Positions 17,129-28,002 of a DNA stretch of 64,000 nucleotides are shown one piece after another (position 1 is the stretch's first letter; every line of letters starts with the position of its first letter). The stretch is from positions 9,980 through 73,979 of the forward strand of contig JBGSQB010000090.1 of NCBI GenBank assembly GCA_041738285.1, in the 5' to 3' direction. The translations under genes were made by a program, and so were the position numbers. The notes beneath the pieces are model-generated. The model saw only the letters and a list, made by a program, of their open reading frames with translations. It did no database searches and was not told where the DNA came from. This stretch comes from Pseudomonadales bacterium. Lineage in GTDB: Bacteria; Pseudomonadota; Gammaproteobacteria; Pseudomonadales; Azotimanducaceae.

Positions 17129-17953
17129 ATGGCGTACGATTTCGAGCACTTGCGGGTCGCAATTGATGCATCGATTGCAACCATCACCATCGACAACCCG
17201 CCGATCAATCTGATCACGGGCGCGCTCTACATGGAGCTCGCATCGCTCTCCAAGCAATTGGCGGCGGATGATGACCTCACTGTGGTCGTGATGAAGAGCG
17301 CGAACCCGGACTTCTTTCTGGCGCACTTCGATGTCACCGCGATTCTCTCGTTTCCCATCGACACACCGGCCCAGCGCAGCGTGGAGCTGAACGAGTACCA
17401 CGCGATGTGCGAACGCTTCCGCACCATGAACAAAGTGACGATCGCGCAGATCGAAGGGCGCGTGGGTGGCGGCGGGTCCGAACTGGCAGCGTCCTTCGAC
17501 ATGCGCTTCGGCGTGAAGGGCAAGACCAGGATCAACCAGATGGAAGTACCCCTAGGCATTCTGCCCGGCGGCACGGGTACACAGCGCCTGCCGCGCCTCG
17601 TCGGTCGGGCGCGCGCCATGGAGATCATTCTCGGGGGCGATGACCTCGACGCGGAAACCGCAGAGCGCTGGGGTTACCTCAACCGTATCTTCGAACCCGG
17701 CGCGATCGGTCCCTTTGTCGATGCGCTGGCGCGACGCATCGCATCGTTTCCCGCGCAGGCGGTGCGACTCGCAAAGGAAAGCATCAACAACGCGGAACTG
17801 CCACTGGCCGAGGGTTTATCGCTGGAAGCCTATCTGTTCCAGCGCCTGATCCGTGAGCCGTCCGCGCAGCATGCGATGAAGCGCTTCATCGAGGTCGGCG
17901 GGCAGACGCGGGAGGGCGAATTGAAGGTGGGGGAGTTGGTGACGAAGATCTAA
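17129..17953 (+). CDS. Enoyl-CoA hydratase/isomerase family protein
   Basis: ITIDNPPINL, crotonase-fold GGGSELAASFDMRF. SD GGGAGG lies before ATG 17129. Confidence 0.85.
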   Translation: MAYDFEHLRVAIDASIATITIDNPPINLITGALYMELASLSKQLAADDDLTVVVMKSANPDFFLAHFDVTAILSFPIDTPAQRSVELNEYHAMCERFRTMNKVTIAQIEGRVGGGGSELAASFDMRFGVKGKTRINQMEVPLGILPGGTGTQRLPRLVGRARAMEIILGGDDLDAETAERWGYLNRIFEPGAIGPFVDALARRIASFPAQAVRLAKESINNAELPLAEGLSLEAYLFQRLIREPSAQHAMKRFIEVGGQTREGELKVGELVTKI

Positions 17954-17956
17954 GGT

Positions 17957-18080
17957 AGGAAATTGGGGGCAGGGGAAGTTAGGGACAGTTGACGTATTTC
18001 GCGAATGACGCCTACGCCTAGGCCGGTCGACTTCGAAATAGGTCAACTGTCCCTAACTTCCCCTGCCCCGAATTTCTCCT
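17957..18080. repeat. Family-A palindromic intergenic element, second copy (about 45-bp arms, 32-nt spacer)
   Basis: 17957-18001 matches the reverse complement of 18034-18080 except for one 2-nt indel and two mismatches. The core GGGACAGTTGAC(G/C)TATTTCG is shared with the 9517 element. Confidence 0.9.
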
Positions 18081-19635
18081 ACACGATCCGCGTATCGTGC
18101 TTGCCCCAGTAGCGATCCTTGATGAGCCGCTTGTACAGCTTGCCGGTCGGCAGTCGCGGCAGCTCCGGTAGGAAGTCGATCTGCTTGGGACACTTGTAGT
18201 GGGCGATGTGCTCACGCGCGAAGGCGAGTAGCTCGGCGGCGAGTTCATCGTTTGGTTCGATCCCCACAGCGGCCTGCACCACCGCGCGCACTTCCTCGCC
18301 CATCTCTTCGTTCGGCACACCGACCACGGCGACATCGGCGATTTTCGGATGCACGATCAGCGCGTCCTCGATTTCCTGCGGATAGATGTTCACACCACCG
18401 GAGATGATCATGAAGGTGGCGCGATCGGTCAGGTACAGAAATCCCTCGTCATCGACATAGCCGACATCGCCAAGTGCCGACCAGTTGGCGTGATGGGGAT
18501 GCTGCGCGCCCTTGGTCTTGGTCTGATCCTTGAAGTACTCGAACGGCATGGCCGGCAGTTCGAAGTAGACCAGGCCGCTTTCGCCGTTGGGTAGTTCCTT
18601 GCCGTCCTCGTCGCAGACGTGAATCACGCCGAGCACCGGTTTGCCGACGGTGCCGGGATGGGCAAGCCAATCTTCGGGACGCACGTGGGTGAGCCCATTC
18701 AGTTCCGTGCCACCGTAGTACTCGTAGATGATCGGTCCCCACCACTCGAACATCTGTTGCTTGACGGCCTTCGGGCAGGGCGCGGCAGCGTGGATGGCGA
18801 CTTTGTGCGACGACAGATCGAATTGAGTACGCGCCGCGTCCGGCAGCTTCAGCATGCGCGAGAACATGGTAGGCACCCACTGGCTGTGAGTGACGCGATG
18901 GGTTTCGATGGCGCGCAGCGCTTCCACCGGATCGAAGCGTTGCATCATCACCACGGTGCCGCCCAATGCCTGAGTTGCAGTGGTGAAGCCCAGCGGCGCC
19001 GAATGGTACAGCGGGGCGGGTGATAGATAGATGGCATTCTCATCGAATGCCCACAACCCGCGCTGCAATGCACCGACAGGGCCGGCGTCGTCGGCGATGT
19101 TGTGGCCTGGCAACGGTCGAAGAATGCCTTTCGGGCGCCCGGTGGTGCCGGAGCTGTACAGCATGAACTGTCCAGCCGGCTCGGCGGCGAGCGGTTTGGC
19201 CGGATAACCCGCGATCGACTCCTCGTACGAGCCAAAGCCGTCGAGGGTGCCGTCGATCATCAGATTGGTGGTGCAGCGGGGCGCGCGTTCCGGCAGTTCT
19301 TTGGCGATGTCGGACAGATGAGCGGAGGTGATCAGCACCCGCGCTTCGCAGTTGTCGAGGATGTAGGCCGCTTCTTCGGTGGTGAGGTAGCGGTTGACCG
19401 TCGTCAGGTACAGCCCTGATCGCATCGCCGCCCACACCACTTCGAAGTAGCGCAGGTGGTTTTCCATGAAGATCGCGACGTGATCGCCCGGCCGCAGGCC
19501 TTTGGCCCACATCAACTGCGCCAGTCGATTGGAGCGATCGTTCAGCTCACCGTAGGTGACGCGTACCCCGGTCGATGCATGAACGACAGCCGGCTTGTCT
19601 GGAAAGACCTTCGCCCAGTGCCCTGGATACATCAC
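18079..19635 (-). CDS. AMP-dependent acyl-CoA synthetase/ligase
   Basis: YSSGTTGRPKG, GGTELNG, and C-terminal LPRLPTGKLYKR. Confidence 0.9.
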   Translation of the reverse strand: MMYPGHWAKVFPDKPAVVHASTGVRVTYGELNDRSNRLAQLMWAKGLRPGDHVAIFMENHLRYFEVVWAAMRSGLYLTTVNRYLTTEEAAYILDNCEARVLITSAHLSDIAKELPERAPRCTTNLMIDGTLDGFGSYEESIAGYPAKPLAAEPAGQFMLYSSGTTGRPKGILRPLPGHNIADDAGPVGALQRGLWAFDENAIYLSPAPLYHSAPLGFTTATQALGGTVVMMQRFDPVEALRAIETHRVTHSQWVPTMFSRMLKLPDAARTQFDLSSHKVAIHAAAPCPKAVKQQMFEWWGPIIYEYYGGTELNGLTHVRPEDWLAHPGTVGKPVLGVIHVCDEDGKELPNGESGLVYFELPAMPFEYFKDQTKTKGAQHPHHANWSALGDVGYVDDEGFLYLTDRATFMIISGGVNIYPQEIEDALIVHPKIADVAVVGVPNEEMGEEVRAVVQAAVGIEPNDELAAELLAFAREHIAHYKCPKQIDFLPELPRLPTGKLYKRLIKDRYWGKHDTRIV

Positions 19636-19685
19636 CGCCCTCCACCGAACCCCGGTCCTACTATGAAGCTAGAGACGGTAGCGGC

Positions 19686-22609
<2,924 letters not shown>

Positions 22610-22619
22610 GACAACCAAA

Positions 22620-23699
22620 ATGAAATTCGGCGCGATGGTGGCAACGCGGATCTCCGACTGGCAGCTGCTGAAATTCGCAGAAGAGCACGGCTACGACCAC
22701 GGTTGGGTGCCCGACTCACAGATGATCTGGTCGGACTGTTACGCCGTGCTGGCGCTCGCTGCGGCGAACACGTCGCGCATTCGCTTGGGAACCGGCGTTG
22801 CCATCGCTGGCACGCGGATCGCACCGGTCACGGCACACTCCATCGCGTCGATCAATCAGATCGCGCCCGGGCGCGTGTTTCTCGGCATCGGCACGGGACA
22901 CACGGCGATGCGGGTGATGGGCCTTGATCCCGTCAAACCCAAGGCGTTCTCCGATTATCTGCGTGTGGTGCGCGGGCTGCTCGACGGTGCCGAGGTTTCG
23001 TACACGCAGGATGGTGTGACGCGGCCGATTCAGTTCCTGCATCAGGACATGGGTTTCTTCGACGTCGAGCATCGGGTGCCGATCTACGTTGCTGCCAACG
23101 GCCCGAAGGCGCTCGAATGCGCCGGCCGCTACGGCGACGGGCGCATTTCCGCGGGCGGTGAGCCGGTGGCCGTGTTCCAGAACAATCTGCGGGCGGTGCA
23201 GGCGGCGGCGAAAGCGGCGGGACGCGAGGGCGAGGATTTTCACACGGCATGTCTGACCTTCGCGTGTGTATTGAAGCCGGGTGAGAAGCTCACCTCCGAT
23301 CGCGTGATCGATGAAGTCGGTTCGATGGTGAGTGCGAGCCTGCACTTCTGGTGGGAAATCGCGCAGCTGTCCGGCAGCGATGCGTTCATTCGTCCCGAGG
23401 TGAGGGATGAGTGGGATCGTTATCTCGCGTTCATCGACTCCCTCGGCATTCCCGCGGAGCGACTGCACCTGCGCATCCACGATGGTCATTGCACGTACCT
23501 GCATCCTGATGAACGGCAGTTCGTGACACCGGCACTGATTCGCGCATCGGGTGGTCTGGTTGGCGAACCCGACCAGATCATCGACATGCTGCGAGTATCT
23601 GAACGCGGCGGATTGAAGGAAGTGACCCTGCTGCCGCCGATGGCGTGCGCGCGGCAGAACTTCGCGGACTTCGCAGCGGCGGTGATCGAGCGCTACTGA
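22620..23699 (+). CDS. LLM-class (luciferase-like) flavin/F420-dependent oxidoreductase
   Basis: MKFGAM...FAEEHGYDHGWVPDSQ, IRLGTGVAI, GRVFLGIGTGH, the typical LLM pattern. Confidence 0.8.
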   Translation: MKFGAMVATRISDWQLLKFAEEHGYDHGWVPDSQMIWSDCYAVLALAAANTSRIRLGTGVAIAGTRIAPVTAHSIASINQIAPGRVFLGIGTGHTAMRVMGLDPVKPKAFSDYLRVVRGLLDGAEVSYTQDGVTRPIQFLHQDMGFFDVEHRVPIYVAANGPKALECAGRYGDGRISAGGEPVAVFQNNLRAVQAAAKAAGREGEDFHTACLTFACVLKPGEKLTSDRVIDEVGSMVSASLHFWWEIAQLSGSDAFIRPEVRDEWDRYLAFIDSLGIPAERLHLRIHDGHCTYLHPDERQFVTPALIRASGGLVGEPDQIIDMLRVSERGGLKEVTLLPPMACARQNFADFAAAVIERY

Positions 23700-23727
23700 G
23701 ACCTGCTCGCCCACGCGCTCAAAGGAT

Positions 23728-23800
23728 TGTGGGAGCGGGCTTGCCCGCGAATTTTCTCAGACAGTACAAGCACATATTCGCGCGCAAGCGCGCTCCCACA
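23728..23800. repeat. Inverted pair of REP-like elements (Pseudomonas-type GTGGGAGCGGGCTTGCCCGCGAA)
   Basis: TGTGGGAGCGGGCTTGCCCGCGAAT (23728-23752) and ATTCGCGCGCAAGCGCGCTCCCACA (23776-23800). Each contains its own GC hairpin. Confidence 0.85.
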
Positions 23801-23871
23801 GAGTAGCTAGTAACTATTGCAACACCCTCCTTGGCGCTAGATATTCGCGGCGGCGCACCGCCGCGAACAGA

Positions 23872-24918
23872 TCAAGTGAACGCGTTGGGCAGAACTTCTC
23901 GCTCGAACAGTGCCGCGGCGTCACCGGCGAGCCCGCTCAAGATGAACTTATCGAGTCCAAGTTCGGCAAGGCCTCGCAGTCGATCGATGCACTGTCGTGG
24001 CGAACCGACCACTGCGAACCGATCGATGAATTCCGGGGTCAGGGTGTTCGCCTGGCGCGAATCGCCTCGGGTGTGTGCGCGCATGTCGTAGCTGCCGTGC
24101 AGTGCATTGAGCACGTCGCGCTGACTCGCCGATACGGGTCCGGATATCTCGCCATGCATCACCGAGAAGCGCGCGAAGGTGGTGAGTCCGCCGCGCACCA
24201 GCGCACGCGCCGCGTCGACGTCGGGATGGCAGCCGCAGTTCAGATAGGCGCCAAAGGCGATGCCATCCGGGTCCAGTCCCGCTGCCGTGCGCGCGTCGCG
24301 CGCAACCTGGATACCCCAGGTGAGGCGCTCGGGGTCGGCGCCGAGGGTGAACATGACACGGTCGGAGTGAATCGCGGCGATCGCGATCACCTTTGGCCCA
24401 GTCGCGGCCACTTCGATAGGTACCCGCTGCACGTCGCCGATCCAGGCGATGCGACTGCCGGCTGGCGTGTCTGCCAGATGCAGCGCGGTCACGTCGGCCG
24501 CCTGGTTGCCTGCGATCGGAATTTCGCCGAATGACACGGATCCGCCATCCAGATACGTGCGCAGATGGCGCAGATAGCGTTCGAACTGCGCCAGCCGCGC
24601 CGGTGCCCGCCCCAGATGTGCGAGCGCGGAATCGCCGCGGCCGATGCCGAGCACGGCGCGTCCGTCACTGATGCGCTGAACGCTGGCGATGGCGCTCGCG
24701 GTCACGGCGGCCTGACGGGTGACGGAGTTGGTGACACCGGGGCCAAGGCCAATTCGCGTTGTTACTGTGGCGGCCATCGCAAGGGCCACGTACGCATCGC
24801 CCGAGAGGTTCTGCGAGTCGACCACTGCGAGCCCGTCCCAACCGGCAGATTCCACGTGTCGTGCCACACGCATGACGCCGCGCGGCGACGCAACCCCCAA
24901 TGTCCAAAGCTGCGCCAT
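23872..24918 (-). CDS. LLM-class flavin/F420-dependent oxidoreductase (second copy)
   Basis: VESAGWDGLAVVDSQ, TRIGLGPGVTN, GRAVLGIGRGDS. Confidence 0.8.
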   Translation of the reverse strand: MAQLWTLGVASPRGVMRVARHVESAGWDGLAVVDSQNLSGDAYVALAMAATVTTRIGLGPGVTNSVTRQAAVTASAIASVQRISDGRAVLGIGRGDSALAHLGRAPARLAQFERYLRHLRTYLDGGSVSFGEIPIAGNQAADVTALHLADTPAGSRIAWIGDVQRVPIEVAATGPKVIAIAAIHSDRVMFTLGADPERLTWGIQVARDARTAAGLDPDGIAFGAYLNCGCHPDVDAARALVRGGLTTFARFSVMHGEISGPVSASQRDVLNALHGSYDMRAHTRGDSRQANTLTPEFIDRFAVVGSPRQCIDRLRGLAELGLDKFILSGLAGDAAALFEREVLPNAFT

Positions 24919-24977
24919 GCTTGCTCCCAGCGGCGGCAGACCAGATGATCGGGATCATATCAGTGGAGAAGCACGGC

Positions 24978-25988
24978 ATGAGTGAGCAGCAGCAATGGCT
25001 CGATCAGGTGTCCGAGGACATCCTCGAGCCGAACCGCCCGATCTGCGATCCGCACCATCATCTGTGGGACCACCCGAACAGTCGCTACCTGCTGGACGAA
25101 CTGTTGCTCGATACCGACAGTGGCCATCGCGTCGTGTCGACCGTGTTCGTCGAATGCGCGTCGATGTACCGCGCGCGCGGCCCGGAGGCTATGCGCTCGG
25201 TTGGCGAGACCGAGTTCGTCAACGGTGTAGCAGCGATGAGCGCCAGCGGCGGATACGGCGCTACACGCGTGGCTGCCGGCATCGTCAGTTTCGCCGATCT
25301 CACCGTTGGTGCCGCCATTGGCGACGTGCTCGATGCACATGCAGCGCTCAGCCCGCGCTTTCGTGGCATTCGCCACGCGGCAGGCTGGGACGAGAGCCGC
25401 GATGTTCGCAATTCCCACACGAATCCCACGGCGCACCTGCTGGCGCGTGCCGACTTTCGCGCCGGCTTCGCCGAGCTTGGCAAGCGTGGCCTGTCGTTCG
25501 ACGCCTGGCTCTACCACCCGCAGATTCGCGAACTGATCGATCTCGCGCGCGCGTTTCCGGCTAGCACGATCATCCTCGATCACTTCGGCGGGCCGCTCGG
25601 TATCGGTCCCTATGAAGGCAAGCGCGAAGGAATATTTGCGACGTGGCAGAAGGACATTGCCGACCTCGCGCGCTGCGAGAACGTGGTGGCGAAGCTCGGA
25701 GGTCTGGTGATGCCGATCAATGGCTTCGGGTTCCACAAACGCAAGCGGCCAGCAACCTCGGACGAAGTGGTAGCCGCAACTGGCGCCTACTATCGTCACG
25801 CCATCGCGTGCTTTGGCGCCGACCGCTGTATGTTCGAAAGCAACTTCCCGGTCGATAAACAGAGTTGCTCGTATGCTGTGCTGTGGAATGCCTTCAAGAA
25901 GATCGCGGCGCCGTATTCAGCGGCCGAGAAGTCCGCGCTGTTCCACGATACCGCCGCGCGTGTGTATCGACTGGACGCCGATGCGTGA
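24978..25988 (+). CDS. Amidohydrolase-2 family metal-dependent hydrolase (TIM barrel)
   Basis: ICDPHHHLWD metal motif and ILDHFGGP. SD GGAGA lies before ATG 24978. Confidence 0.8.
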   Translation: MSEQQQWLDQVSEDILEPNRPICDPHHHLWDHPNSRYLLDELLLDTDSGHRVVSTVFVECASMYRARGPEAMRSVGETEFVNGVAAMSASGGYGATRVAAGIVSFADLTVGAAIGDVLDAHAALSPRFRGIRHAAGWDESRDVRNSHTNPTAHLLARADFRAGFAELGKRGLSFDAWLYHPQIRELIDLARAFPASTIILDHFGGPLGIGPYEGKREGIFATWQKDIADLARCENVVAKLGGLVMPINGFGFHKRKRPATSDEVVAATGAYYRHAIACFGADRCMFESNFPVDKQSCSYAVLWNAFKKIAAPYSAAEKSALFHDTAARVYRLDADA

Positions 25989-26034
25989 TGCGCGGTTATG
26001 ATGCGTAGCCCTTGAGCGAGTCACTGGAGGAGAG

Positions 26035-26454
26035 ATGCGGACATTGTGGATGGCGATTGCGTTCTTTGCTGCAGGCTCTGCGCTCGGCGGCGATCTGCGA
26101 TCAGCGGCACCTGCGGGCGCCGAGGTTTACTTCATCGCGCCCGCTGACGGCGCCACGGTATCGACCACGTTCAACGTGAAATTTGGATTGAAGGGCATGG
26201 GTGTTGCGCCGGCCGGTATCGACGCGGCGGACACCGGTCATCATCACCTGCTCATCGATACGACCGAGATACCCAATCCGGAACTACCGCTGCCGGCGAC
26301 CGACAAGGTCATTCATTTCGGCAAAGGTCAGACCGAGACCGAGGTGACATTGCCGCCGGGTGTGCACACCTTGCGGCTGGTGGTCGGCAATCATCTGCAC
26401 GTGCCGCACGATCCACCGGTCGCCTCGAACGTCATCAGCGTCACCGTCAAGTAG
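26035..26454 (+). CDS. DUF4399-like periplasmic protein
   Basis: Signal peptide MRTLWMAIAFFAAGSALG, then FNVKFGLKGMGVAPAG...TGHHHLLID...IHFGKGQTE, as in DUF4399 proteins. Confidence 0.7.
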   Translation: MRTLWMAIAFFAAGSALGGDLRSAAPAGAEVYFIAPADGATVSTTFNVKFGLKGMGVAPAGIDAADTGHHHLLIDTTEIPNPELPLPATDKVIHFGKGQTETEVTLPPGVHTLRLVVGNHLHVPHDPPVASNVISVTVK

Positions 26455-26472
26455 CCGGCTAGGTTCGCCGGC
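26454..26472. terminator. Hairpin spanning the stops of two convergent genes
   Basis: GCCGGC-TAGGTTC-GCCGGC. The stops TAG 26452-54 and CTA 26459-61 are only 4 nt apart. No T tract. Confidence 0.2.
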
Positions 26473-27916
26473 GCACGGTCAGACCTGCGCGTGCCTGCGT
26501 GTGGGCGCCGTGCGCGACCGTATGCACGCCGTTGACGAACACGTGCTCGATACCCCCGGGATACTGATTCGGATCAGCGAAGGTGCCGCGATCGATGATC
26601 GTGTCGGGATCGAACAGCACCAGGTCCGCAAATGCGCCCGCGCGCACTACCCCGCGATCCACCAGGGAGAACTTGCGTGCCGGGAAACCGGTCATGCGAT
26701 GGATCGCCTCACTCATCGTCAACAGACCAAGGTCGCGGGCGTAATGACCGAGTACGCGGGCAAACGAGCCATACAGGCGCGGATGTGGGCGCCCGTCCAG
26801 CGTTGGAATGCCATCGGAACCTATCATGGTGCTCGGATGCCGCATCACCGTGCGCACATCATCCTCGTTCATGCTGTGCATGATCACGGTGGCGCCAGGC
26901 TCGGCGGCGAGGATCTGCTGGGAAGCGGTGGCACCGTCGGTCGCGAACTCGACGGCGAGTTCAGCGATGCTCCGGCCCTCCCACTGCGTATGGCCGCTCG
27001 CTGACGCAATGACCACGTCTGCGTAGTCGACGTTGCGCAGGTCGCGACCGGAGGCGCCGACCACCGCGGACAGGATCGTGCTCCCCGCGGTGTACGGATA
27101 CTGATCAGCATGCACATCGAGGCCGCGCGCTTGCGCGGCTTCGATCAGCAACAGCGAGCGATGCACAAGACCCCAGGCATCGCGGCCCGAAGCCTTGTGG
27201 TGGCTGATCTGCACCGGCACGCTCGACTGCTCACCGATCGCAATCGCTTCGGTCACCGAATCGAGGAGACCCAGACCTTCGTCGCGCATATGGGTTGCGT
27301 ACAGTGCGCCGCTGGCGCGCATCATCGATGCGAGTTCGATCAACTCTTCGGTGCGGGCGTGACGGCCGGGTTCATAGATGAGACCCGTCGACAGCCCTAC
27401 AGCGCCGGCGTCGAGGCCTTCGGTGAGCAACGACTTCATGACGCGCATCTGTGCCTCGCTCGGCGCGCCGCGATCACGTTTCATCGCCGTCATGCGCAGG
27501 GTGCCGTGCCCCACCAGCACGGCAATGTTCACCGCCGGCGGTGCGGCATCGAGAAGATCGAAGTAGCCGTGGTAGTTGCCCCAATCAGGCAGGGTTGCAT
27601 GCGGATGGAAGGCGCGGGCCAATACCGCCGCCTCGGTGAACGGCGCGGCGCCCATCCCGCAATTGCCGACGACACAGGTGGTGACCCCACCGCGAACCTT
27701 GAACGCCATGTCGGGGTGCAGGACTGCGGCGAAGTCATCGTGGGTGTGAACATCGATGAAGCCGGGTGCAACCGCGAGCCCAGTTGCATCGATTTCCCGG
27801 GGCGAATCAGGCGCCGCACCCACGGCGACGATGCGCGGGCCGTCGATCGTGATGTCGCCGTGCCCGGGCGGGTTGCCGGTGCCGTCGTAGATCAGTGCGT
27901 TCTTGATCGTCAACAC
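26459..27916 (-). CDS. N-acyl-D-amino-acid deacylase (D-aminoacylase) family amidohydrolase
   Basis: APGFIDVHTHDD and the overall colinear D-aminoacylase pattern (GDITIDG..I..VG). Confidence 0.85.
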   Translation of the reverse strand: MLTIKNALIYDGTGNPPGHGDITIDGPRIVAVGAAPDSPREIDATGLAVAPGFIDVHTHDDFAAVLHPDMAFKVRGGVTTCVVGNCGMGAAPFTEAAVLARAFHPHATLPDWGNYHGYFDLLDAAPPAVNIAVLVGHGTLRMTAMKRDRGAPSEAQMRVMKSLLTEGLDAGAVGLSTGLIYEPGRHARTEELIELASMMRASGALYATHMRDEGLGLLDSVTEAIAIGEQSSVPVQISHHKASGRDAWGLVHRSLLLIEAAQARGLDVHADQYPYTAGSTILSAVVGASGRDLRNVDYADVVIASASGHTQWEGRSIAELAVEFATDGATASQQILAAEPGATVIMHSMNEDDVRTVMRHPSTMIGSDGIPTLDGRPHPRLYGSFARVLGHYARDLGLLTMSEAIHRMTGFPARKFSLVDRGVVRAGAFADLVLFDPDTIIDRGTFADPNQYPGGIEHVFVNGVHTVAHGAHTQARAGLTVRRRT

Positions 27917-28002
27917 GGCTGATTAATTCGCGTGCATCATTTTGTTTCGGACTGCCCTGCGCCCTTGTATTCTCTGCCTTTCCGTCAAGCCATGGCAGTG
28001 GA

